Assembly: GCF_000015805.1 (NCBI RefSeq)
Contig: NC_009073.1
Location: 1,770,001-1,802,000, forward strand
Length of the DNA: 32,000 nt
Direction of reading: 5' to 3'
From: Pyrobaculum calidifontis JCM 11548
GTDB taxonomy: Archaea; Thermoproteota; Thermoprotei; Thermoproteales; Thermoproteaceae
Shown here: in pieces, positions 23,070-30,677 of the stretch
How positions within the stretch are numbered: the stretch's first letter is position 1
How the letters are laid out: each line of letters starts with the position of its first letter
The notes under the pieces: generated by a model
Told to the model about the DNA's origin: nothing
Databases searched by the model: none
What the model saw: only the letters and a program-made list of their open reading frames with translations
Position numbers and translations under genes: made by a program

Positions 23070-24182
23070 TTAAAGCCCTCTTAGTCTGCGTTGCATGTTT
23101 AATAGGAATGCCACGATGGCAACACCCACGGCGGGGCCTGTGAGCGCGGCCAAGGGAGGCGTCGGCCATGCGGGGTAGAGGGCCCTGAGGAGGAGCCCCA
23201 CGTTTAACAGCGCAGAAAGGACAGCCTCGGCGACTGGGAAGCCCCTGCGCCTTATTGACACAGTAACCCTCTTGACTTGGCCAGCCAGCATGTCCATAAG
23301 CACCACGTCTACTCCAAACACTATGTTAAAAATGAAGCCCAGCGCGGCGGCGTGCACCGCCACGTCGTACCAAAGCCCGGCGCCCCCTGTAGCCGTCAGA
23401 ACTATGCCGGAGAGGGCCAGCCAGAAATACGCCGTGTATATCTGGACAAGGGAGTACCGCACCTCTACCCCCCTCAAGAGGCCGGAGGAGGCCAGCGAGA
23501 GGGCTGAGGCTGTGAGAATAAGCACGCCAGCTGCCCTCGGCGCCCCGGCGGCCCATGTGAAAAACGCCGCGGCTATGAGGGCAAAGGCAACGGCGTTGCC
23601 CCACCCCCTGGCGGGCTTTTTCCCAGTCACTAGAGAGATGTCTCTGGCCATAACGGCGAAGATGGTGCCTATGGGGAATACCAATGCGGCGACCGCGGCG
23701 TTGAAAAGGCCAAGTAAGCCGAAAATCGGCACTACGGCGGACACAGCCAGCGCCGCCGCCAAGAGGTAGTTGTAGAGCACAGGCCTGAGGCCTATCCGCG
23801 AGGGCGCTAGGTAGACTTTGCCCGCGTACGCCAGGAGAATCAGCAAAGCCACGAAAGAGGAGAGGTAGGCCGCGGCAAAGGCCCCCGCCAAGGTAAAGGC
23901 CACGGTCAACCAGAGCATGGCGGCGAAAGGAGCCATGTATGCAAGGGGTGCCGCCCTGCCGCTCCACTCCAGCGAGAGCACGTGGAGAACCTCGTTCCCA
24001 ATAAGCGCTAGGAAGAAGCCGAAAATCATGAGAAGCCAGTGCCTATCCAGCCCCAGCGGAATAGGCGAAGGAAGCCCCGCCCAGCTCCACAATATGGAAA
24101 TCCCCGTGAGACCCCCCAACACCAGCGACAAAAGCCCAGACGCCATCACAGCCACAAAACGGGGAAAGAGCGTTGTCGACAT
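23070..24182 (-). CDS. NnrS-like heme/copper membrane protein candidate
   Basis: 370 aa, about 10-12 TM. DRHWLLMIFGFFLALIGNEVLHVLSLEWSGR parallels the NnrS signature as I recall it (HAHEMLFGF...NWTGR). A second conserved His sits in VAVHAAALGF. TATA-like TTTTTATGTT (24201-24210, minus strand) lies 19-28 nt upstream of the ATG. Confidence 0.5.
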   Translation of the reverse strand: MSTTLFPRFVAVMASGLLSLVLGGLTGISILWSWAGLPSPIPLGLDRHWLLMIFGFFLALIGNEVLHVLSLEWSGRAAPLAYMAPFAAMLWLTVAFTLAGAFAAAYLSSFVALLILLAYAGKVYLAPSRIGLRPVLYNYLLAAALAVSAVVPIFGLLGLFNAAVAALVFPIGTIFAVMARDISLVTGKKPARGWGNAVAFALIAAAFFTWAAGAPRAAGVLILTASALSLASSGLLRGVEVRYSLVQIYTAYFWLALSGIVLTATGGAGLWYDVAVHAAALGFIFNIVFGVDVVLMDMLAGQVKRVTVSIRRRGFPVAEAVLSALLNVGLLLRALYPAWPTPPLAALTGPAVGVAIVAFLLNMQRRLRGL

Positions 24183-24273
24183 AGAGCACTTCCCGTTGTC
24201 AACATAAAAACATGATGAACCCTAAGGCGGCCATCGCGCATCCCGATGCCAAGCCTTAAGCACTGCGAGAGGA

Positions 24274-24705
24274 TCACTCTCCCAGTAGAGCCAGTAATTT
24301 TCTCACAGCTCTCTTCACAAGCTTACTTGTAGCCGCCTTAGAAACTCCCAGCTTCTCAGCCGCGCCTTTGATAGAGCGTGAAGAAAACACACGCAAAGCC
24401 TCCACTTCCCTTTCGGTCAAGTTAAATCTGTAAGGGGCGTAACAAGGCCCATAAGCCGACTGCCCCCTCACCACTATGGCAAATATAAAATATCCATCCA
24501 CGGTAAGAATAGATTTGATATAAGACTTAGATACAAGCTTCGCGATGGAGCAGTCCTTCCTGCATACAACTTTTCTGAGCCTCCCGTTCCAAACTAGGTG
24601 AGCCAAGTCGCCGTTCTCCACTCTGAATCCAACATGTTTAAACTCATCCCCAGATTGTGCCAAAAAATGAGGGCATGGCTTATGTCTAATTATACAGATA
24701 TACAT
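24274..24705 (-). CDS. small transcription regulator, N-terminal Cys/His domain plus C-terminal HTH (paralog R3, most divergent)
   Basis: 143 aa. HKPCP, KHVGF, AHLV, CRKDC (CX3C), then LTEREVEALRVFSSRSIKGAAEKLGVSKAATSKLVKRAVRKL. Same order and spacing of features as R1 and R2. TATA-like TTTTTATAAG (24721-24730, minus strand). Confidence 0.65.
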   Translation of the reverse strand: MYICIIRHKPCPHFLAQSGDEFKHVGFRVENGDLAHLVWNGRLRKVVCRKDCSIAKLVSKSYIKSILTVDGYFIFAIVVRGQSAYGPCYAPYRFNLTEREVEALRVFSSRSIKGAAEKLGVSKAATSKLVKRAVRKLLALLGE

Positions 24706-24740
24706 GAGTCTTTTTTTTCACTTATAAAAAGCTTTTCCGC

Positions 24741-24781
24741 CTAGAACGCCACGGCGGCTCTGTACAGACTCGCCGTTCTAG
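24741..24781. repeat. GC-rich imperfect palindrome: CTAGAAC...GTTCTAG outer arms and GGCGGCTCTGTACAGACTCGCC inner dyad
   Basis: Outer arms at 24741-24747 and 24775-24781. The inner 22-nt dyad (24753-24774) has 2 mismatches and is centred on TGTACA. It lies between the R3 promoter and the nosZ box, abutting the latter. Confidence 0.6.
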
Positions 24782-24782
24782 A

Positions 24783-24799
24783 GGTTAACGAGGTTAACC
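24783..24799. promoter_or_regulatory. candidate operator GGTTAA-CGAGG-TTAACC upstream of nosZ
   Basis: Perfect 6-5-6 palindrome, which also reads as the tandem repeat GAGGTTAAC x2. The centre at 24791 is 42 nt upstream of the nosZ ATG (24833). The A/T-rich AAAAGACTTAT at 24800-24810 is the presumptive TATA. Confidence 0.7.
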
Positions 24800-24832
24800 A
24801 AAAGACTTATCCCGCACCACGTACTGTTACAT

Positions 24833-26980
24833 ATGCGAACGCCTACAAAGGTGAGGTTTGCCTCGTCGTCTCCCGGCGCCGGGGGCGGCGGGGCTAAGGA
24901 GGCGACTAAAATAAAGATTTCTAGGCGCGACGTGGTTATAGGCCTAGGGGGACTGGCCGTGGGGCTGGTGGGGGGCCTCGCCTTAAGCCAGCTCTTGGCC
25001 AAGGGGGCTGTGGCGCCGGCGCCCCCCGGCGTGTCGGCACGGGTCCAAGAATTGGCCGCGGCAAGAGGGCTGTCGCCTCAAGACGTAGAAAATGCCGTGG
25101 CCACGTATCTCCCCGGAGGGAAGTACGACGAGTTCTACATGTTCTCAAGCGGCGGCCACTCGGGGCAGGTGGCGGTCTACGGCCTTCCCTCTTTGAAGCT
25201 CTACCGCATAATAGCCGTATTCACTCCCGAGCCTTGGCAGGGCTGGGGCTACCACGATAGGAAGACCATGGAAGTTCTCTTCAGCGAGAGAGCCACCGCT
25301 GGCAGGCCGCTCAGCTGGGGCGACACCCACCACCCCGAGTTCGATAGGCAAAACGCCGAATATGTCGGCAGATGGCTGTTCATTGGCGACAAAGTGAACG
25401 GGAGAGCAGCCGCCATTTCCCTACTAGACTTTGAGACCAAGGACATTGTAAAAATCCCCAATGTACAAACTATCCACGGCGGCGCCTTCACTACTCCAAA
25501 CACGGAGTACGTCTTATACGCCACGCAGTATCCAGCGCCTTGGGAGCCGGGCAGAGGATATAAGCCAGGTGTCACCAAGGTCCCGTGGAGCCAAGTGGTA
25601 AAAGATGAAAAGTACTTCTGGGAGTACATGAGGGGTGCCCTCACGTTCCTCGCCTTTGACCGTAACACTGGGAGATTCGACTTGTCGAAAAGCTTCCAAA
25701 TAGAGGTCCCGCCCTATGTGCAAGACCTTTCCACAATATCCTGGGGCCCCGGCGACGGTTTGGCGTTTGTCAACTCCTTTGGCACAGAGGGCATGTTCGG
25801 AGAGACGCCATATGAGGCAAAGTTGTCTAAGAACGACTACGACCTGTTACACATAGTGCTGTGGAGAAAGGCTGAGGACCTCTGCTTGAGGCAAGGCCGT
25901 TGCAAGGAGATAAACGGCATAAAAGTCCTCTCCCTAGAGGACGCGATTAAGGAGGGGGTGTTGTTCTTTGTTAGAGAGCCCAAGAGTCCCCACGGCGTAG
26001 ATACATCCCCCGGCGGGCACTTTATATCTGTGGGAGGCAAACTGGCCCCCTACGCCACAGTCTACAGCACGGAGAAGATAAAGCAGGCCATTGCAGATAA
26101 GAAGTTCGAGGGGCAGGACAGATACGGAGTGCCTATATTGGACTACGGTAGCGTGGTTGCGGGACAGGTGGAGGTCTGCCTAGGCCCACTACACACAGAA
26201 TTCGACGGGAGAGGCAACGCCTACATCAGTTGCTTCGTGGAAAATGTAGTAACAAAATTCACCCTAGGCTCGCCCGAGTACAGAGGCGATAAGCCGTTCA
26301 CAGTGGTAGACAAAGTGCAGATACACTACAACGTGGGCCACATATGTGTGCCAGAGTCTAATTCGCCTAATCCAGCTGGGAAGTATCTAGTGGCGTTGAA
26401 CAAGTGGTCAATAGACAGATTCTTCCCAGTGGGGCCGCTTAAGCCTCAGAACTTCCAGCTAATAGATATATCTGGTGATAAGATGAGGCTACTCGCAGAG
26501 GTGCCCGTGGGCTGGGGCGAGCCGCACTACGCCAAGGCTATACGGGCTGAGAAGATAAAGCCGCTTGACGTATATCCAGTGGGCACGGACCCCCACGTCA
26601 TGAAAGATGGCCAGTTCCAGTTGAGCTCCAATGCGGTGACTGAAATAGGCAAGGAGCGGGTGCAGAGGTATCAGCTACCAGACGGGAGGTGGGTCACTGA
26701 GGTTTGGGGCACGGTGATTAGGTCGACTATAAGGCCTAACATTATTGTGGCAAAGAAGGGCGACATAGTGCGCCTCCACTTAACCAACATAGAGAAGAGC
26801 GTAGATGCCACACATGGCCTTGCCATTGCTGAGTACAATGTGGCGGCCTCGCTGGAGCCCGGCGAATATGCCGAGATAGAGTTTGTGGCAGATATACCCG
26901 GCGTATTTGCCTTCTACTGCTACGAGTTCTGCTCACCGCTCCACTTAGAAATGGTGGGATGGCTGGTAGTAGAGGAGTAA
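24833..26980 (+). CDS. nosZ: nitrous oxide reductase with Tat signal
   Basis: 715 aa. Twin-arginine motif ISRRDVVIGLGGLAVGLVGG. CuZ-region motifs GDTHHPEF, LFIGDKVNGRAA and PNVQTIHG. C-terminal CuA motif HG...CYEFCSPLHLEM (C-x3-C-x3-H-x2-M). Confidence 0.95.
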   Translation: MRTPTKVRFASSSPGAGGGGAKEATKIKISRRDVVIGLGGLAVGLVGGLALSQLLAKGAVAPAPPGVSARVQELAAARGLSPQDVENAVATYLPGGKYDEFYMFSSGGHSGQVAVYGLPSLKLYRIIAVFTPEPWQGWGYHDRKTMEVLFSERATAGRPLSWGDTHHPEFDRQNAEYVGRWLFIGDKVNGRAAAISLLDFETKDIVKIPNVQTIHGGAFTTPNTEYVLYATQYPAPWEPGRGYKPGVTKVPWSQVVKDEKYFWEYMRGALTFLAFDRNTGRFDLSKSFQIEVPPYVQDLSTISWGPGDGLAFVNSFGTEGMFGETPYEAKLSKNDYDLLHIVLWRKAEDLCLRQGRCKEINGIKVLSLEDAIKEGVLFFVREPKSPHGVDTSPGGHFISVGGKLAPYATVYSTEKIKQAIADKKFEGQDRYGVPILDYGSVVAGQVEVCLGPLHTEFDGRGNAYISCFVENVVTKFTLGSPEYRGDKPFTVVDKVQIHYNVGHICVPESNSPNPAGKYLVALNKWSIDRFFPVGPLKPQNFQLIDISGDKMRLLAEVPVGWGEPHYAKAIRAEKIKPLDVYPVGTDPHVMKDGQFQLSSNAVTEIGKERVQRYQLPDGRWVTEVWGTVIRSTIRPNIIVAKKGDIVRLHLTNIEKSVDATHGLAIAEYNVAASLEPGEYAEIEFVADIPGVFAFYCYEFCSPLHLEMVGWLVVEE

Positions 26981-27441
26981 GTCGCCGGGCATTTCTCATG
27001 GCACTCGGGGCCTCTCTTTTGGTGGCTGGGGGTGCGGCATATTTGCTGACAAGGCCTAGGCAGAGCGGTGTGCCAGACGTGAGACTCGGCGTGGATAAAT
27101 GCGCCTACTGTGGCATGGTTATTGTAGATAGGAGGTTCGCCGCGGTCTACAACGAGGACGGAAAGTGGGTCTACTTCGACGACGTGATATGCCTCCTCCT
27201 CTACCTAAAGGCTGTGGACAAGCTAGGCGATGTGGGGAAGGCGTATGTCCACGACTATTCCACAGGAAGACTTATAAGGGCGGGCGAGGCCTATTATGTT
27301 GTGAACAAGAGAATTCCCACCCCCATGGGCTCTGGCATCGCCGCCTTTGAGAATAGGGAGGAGGCCGCAAAGTTTGGGCAAGTGTATACGATAGATGAGC
27401 TTGTGGGCAAGTTAGAGGAAATAGCGCCGTTGGGGACATGA
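26959..27441 (+). CDS. nosL: NosL copper chaperone-like protein with Tat-type signal
   Basis: 160 aa. SRRAFLMALGASLLVAGG signal. NosL-type CAYCGM motif followed by ...YFDDVICLL. Overlaps the nosZ 3' end by 22 nt. Confidence 0.8.
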   Translation: MAGSRGVSRRAFLMALGASLLVAGGAAYLLTRPRQSGVPDVRLGVDKCAYCGMVIVDRRFAAVYNEDGKWVYFDDVICLLLYLKAVDKLGDVGKAYVHDYSTGRLIRAGEAYYVVNKRIPTPMGSGIAAFENREEAAKFGQVYTIDELVGKLEEIAPLGT

Positions 27442-27992
27442 AGGTCAGAATTTTGACGCTGGTGGGCCTCGTCTTAATATTGGCAAGCTACGCCTTCCCC
27501 TTCTGGTCCACTTATCTCTCTTCGCCGATCTTCGGCTATACGCGCCAGGTCTACATAAAGGTAATGCTCGCAGGATACGTGGACTACACGCCGCCAGATG
27601 CGTTGATGCAGTTAAATATTGCGCACCACTACGTGGGTCTGCCGCCTCTTGAGCCAGAGAAGATGATTGAGCTTAAGTTAATTCCCCTGCTCCCCGCGGG
27701 GCTGGCCGCGGTGTATATCTTGTATATGTTGGGAAAAATTAGGCTGAGGTGGGTCGCCCTAATCACGTACCTAGCCCTAATTGGCGGCGTCGCCTATTTC
27801 CAATACTGGCTGTACAATCTAGGCCACAGCATACAGCCCGGAGCCCCTATAAAGGTAGAGCCGTTTACTCCAATCGTTATGGGTACTTACCAAATTGCCA
27901 ACTTCACCGCGTTTAACATCTTAGACGTGGGCTTCTGGCTTCTTGCGGCGGCGCCTATATTTGCATACCTGGGGGAGAGGTTTAAAATTTGA
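27438..27992 (+). CDS. four-TM membrane protein inside the nos cluster, unknown function (position comparable to nosB of atypical nos clusters)
   Basis: 184 aa with four hydrophobic helices. ATGA overlap with the nosL stop and TGATG overlap with the nosD start indicate translational coupling. Confidence 0.55.
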   Translation: MKVRILTLVGLVLILASYAFPFWSTYLSSPIFGYTRQVYIKVMLAGYVDYTPPDALMQLNIAHHYVGLPPLEPEKMIELKLIPLLPAGLAAVYILYMLGKIRLRWVALITYLALIGGVAYFQYWLYNLGHSIQPGAPIKVEPFTPIVMGTYQIANFTAFNILDVGFWLLAAAPIFAYLGERFKI

Positions 27993-29260
27993 TGTTTTTT
28001 CTCTTCCTCTTGGCGGCCCTCGTCTTTGTCCAAGCCAACCCTTTTGAGGCTACCTCGCCGGGCTCCTTAATCGTCCTAAATGGGACATTCGTTGGCAACT
28101 TCGTAATCGACAAACCTGTCACATTAGTCGGAGGAGTGTTCGACGGCGGTGGCAATGGTACAGTGCTTAAGATCGTTGCGAGCGGGGTGAGAATTAAAGG
28201 CGTGGTAGTGAGAAATTGTGGTAGAAGTGGGCTTGACTCTGGTATTTGGATTGAAAACGCCAGAGATGTAGTAATCGAGGATGTGACAGTGGAGGAGTGC
28301 CTCTACCCAATAATGATATATAACTCGTCGAATGTAAAAATTGTGAATAGCCGTATTGCAAGTTTTAGAAGCGTCCCAGTGGCCCGTTTTGAGCAAGGCG
28401 GGGTTGTGGTTTTACACGAGCTTACGCAGTATTTTAGGGGCCACGGGGTATATGTGTGGTACTCTTGGAATGTCACAGTGGCCAAGTCCTATTTTACGCA
28501 TACTCTGGACGGAGTTTACTGTGATCATGCATATGGGCTAAGGGTTGTCGATAACGTGTTTTTCAACGGGAGCCGCTACGGGGTACATCTCATGTACTGC
28601 GCCGGAGTTGTAATAGCCAACAACACCGTAAGCCAGTATGTCGTCGGCTTTATACCCATGTACAGCGAGAGGGTGGAGATAGTGGGAAACCAAGTCTTCG
28701 ACGTGAGAGCCATTGGAGGAGCCGCCGTGGTGGTCTTTGAATCCAACAACGTCACGGTGCGAAACAACATCTTTGCGCGAAACTACATAGCCGTAGACTT
28801 CTATAGGTCTCCCTTTACCCCAGGTAGCTTCGTCGAGGTGGTGGACAACGTAATTGCCTACAACAACATTGGCGTTAGGCTAGACCCCATATCGTCGCCT
28901 ACGATTTATGGCAACTACTTTGTAGAAAATGTGAGAGATGTTCTTCCGCTTTTTAACAACAAGGCGCGGCTTTACAACGCCACCGCCAAGAGGGGCAACT
29001 TCTGGGGCACTTCCACCAGCCGCTACGTGGCTGTGCAGCGGGTCTTTGACCAAATTCTCTCAGAGCACCCCCAGATGGAGATCCTCGCGCTATCCCCCGC
29101 CTATGGCCTCATGGAGTATGTGCTAGGCGTGGCTTACCCAGGCGGCGGCGTATTGGAAGATAAATACCCCATACCGCCTCCCGGCACCCCCCACGGCCTC
29201 TACCTGCTCTACTTGGCCCTCGCTTCAGTGCTCTTAGCCTATGTCTGGCGTCGCAGTTAG
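27992..29260 (+). CDS. nosD: NosD, periplasmic parallel beta-helix protein required for NosZ maturation
   Basis: About 422 aa with an N-terminal signal. Repetitive beta-helix pattern (V.I.N..I.....GI...). C-terminal TM helix. Position is upstream of nosF and nosY. The track start is TTG 27989; ATG 27992 is preferred. Confidence 0.82.
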   Translation: MFFLFLLAALVFVQANPFEATSPGSLIVLNGTFVGNFVIDKPVTLVGGVFDGGGNGTVLKIVASGVRIKGVVVRNCGRSGLDSGIWIENARDVVIEDVTVEECLYPIMIYNSSNVKIVNSRIASFRSVPVARFEQGGVVVLHELTQYFRGHGVYVWYSWNVTVAKSYFTHTLDGVYCDHAYGLRVVDNVFFNGSRYGVHLMYCAGVVIANNTVSQYVVGFIPMYSERVEIVGNQVFDVRAIGGAAVVVFESNNVTVRNNIFARNYIAVDFYRSPFTPGSFVEVVDNVIAYNNIGVRLDPISSPTIYGNYFVENVRDVLPLFNNKARLYNATAKRGNFWGTSTSRYVAVQRVFDQILSEHPQMEILALSPAYGLMEYVLGVAYPGGGVLEDKYPIPPPGTPHGLYLLYLALASVLLAYVWRRS

Positions 29261-29870
29261 AACAAACTCCTTATCCTACGCCGTGGGTGATGTAGTGATT
29301 TTAAAAAATGTAAGTCTCGAAGTGGACCGGGGGGCCTTTGTAGTAATCACAGGGCCAAATGGCTCTGGGAAAACCACGTTTTTCCGCTGTCTTTTACGCA
29401 TACTCCCCTGTAGAGGCGATGTGGAGATAGAGGGGGCAGATCCTGCGATCAACCCGGCAGTGAAGCGGCGGATTGGGTATGTGCCCCAGCTTTTGACTTT
29501 TCCTAAGCTAAAGGTGAGAGAAGTCGTCGAGCTACACCTACGGCTGACGAACGCTGAGGCGAATTGGGTAGAGGTGTTAGAAATGGTGAGCCTTGCGGAG
29601 TTGTGGAATAGGGAGGTACAACGGCTTTCAGGGGGCGAGAGGCAGAGGTTGGCCCTGGCGCTGGCCTTAAGCCACAGCCCTTCAATACTCGTATTAGACG
29701 AGCCTTTCAGCAACTTAGACAAGACGTGGAGGGCGTGGGCTGTGGAACAACTGAGAAGGCTCAAAGGCGGTGTCACAGTCCTTATCGCAGTACATGGCGG
29801 TGACGAAGTGGCGGAGCTGGCAGACGCCGTCGTGGAAATGGAGGGAGGTGAGGTGAAGAGGATATGGTGA
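29241..29870 (+). CDS. nosF: NosF ABC transporter ATPase
   Basis: Walker A GPNGSGKTT, ABC signature LSGGERQR, Walker B ILVLDEP. 209 aa. Confidence 0.9.
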   Translation: MSGVAVRTNSLSYAVGDVVILKNVSLEVDRGAFVVITGPNGSGKTTFFRCLLRILPCRGDVEIEGADPAINPAVKRRIGYVPQLLTFPKLKVREVVELHLRLTNAEANWVEVLEMVSLAELWNREVQRLSGGERQRLALALALSHSPSILVLDEPFSNLDKTWRAWAVEQLRRLKGGVTVLIAVHGGDEVAELADAVVEMEGGEVKRIW

Positions 29871-30649
29871 TTTTACTCTACACGCTTCGGCAGTGGCTCT
29901 GGCACAGATGGGTGGTGGCTTATGCCGTGGCGCTCGCCTCAGTCTCCATATTTGTCATGTACGGCGCCTTTGTGGGACTGGCGTGGATTCAACCTGAGCT
30001 CTACGGCAGAGTGGCCTTGGCGGTGGTCAACGCCTCAATTTTCCTTGTCTCCCTAACCTCGCTCCTCTTGGGCCTCTTAGTATACCAAGATGATCAAGAG
30101 GGCATGTTAGAGTGGTTTTTGGCCAGGCCTGTGAGCAAGCGCTCTTATCTACTACAGCGGTGGCTAGGCCTCTCCATTTCCACCGCAATGGCGACCCTCG
30201 CCGCCTACTTAGCCTCTTTCATTGTAGTATACGCCGTCTTCGCCGTGTCGCTCCCCCAGCTGTTAATCCTAGGCCTCTCCCTAACCTCGCTCTCTATCTC
30301 CCTCCTATCGCTTGGCTTCTCCGTCTCTCTCTACTTCTCAGACAAAGCCGCCGCCATGGGGGCAGGCTTTCTAATATGGCTATACCTCACCTACGTCCAC
30401 GACCTAGTGTTAATGGTCATAGGCCCCTCTCTCGCCCCTGGAGAGCTCTTTGTGGCATATGTTATAAACCCCATAGGCGCCGCAAGATTCTTAGCCATGT
30501 ACACCATCGACAGCTCCCTCTCCTTTCTCAACCCCATCACAGCAGTCGAGGTGAAACTTTCTCTCGGCGACTTGGTCTTAGTTTTACCCGCCGCGGCTTT
30601 GGCGGCCCCAGCGGCCATATTTATAGTCCTCGCGGTGAGGCAGAGGTAA
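29864..30649 (+). CDS. nosY: NosY ABC-2 type permease
   Basis: 261 aa with 6 hydrophobic segments. ATGGTGA overlap with the nosF stop. Confidence 0.78.
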   Translation: MVILLYTLRQWLWHRWVVAYAVALASVSIFVMYGAFVGLAWIQPELYGRVALAVVNASIFLVSLTSLLLGLLVYQDDQEGMLEWFLARPVSKRSYLLQRWLGLSISTAMATLAAYLASFIVVYAVFAVSLPQLLILGLSLTSLSISLLSLGFSVSLYFSDKAAAMGAGFLIWLYLTYVHDLVLMVIGPSLAPGELFVAYVINPIGAARFLAMYTIDSSLSFLNPITAVEVKLSLGDLVLVLPAAALAAPAAIFIVLAVRQR

Positions 30650-30677
30650 AGTTTTTAACAGATATATCGGGCGGCCT

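Noticed and set aside
24212-24266. Possible C/D-box sRNA on the plus strand: ATGATGA at 24212-24218 with a CTGC about 45 nt downstream.
   Set aside because: There is no CTGA D box and no recognisable D' or C' boxes at the expected approximately 12-nt spacing, and no terminal stem. The single C-box-like heptamer is compatible with chance.
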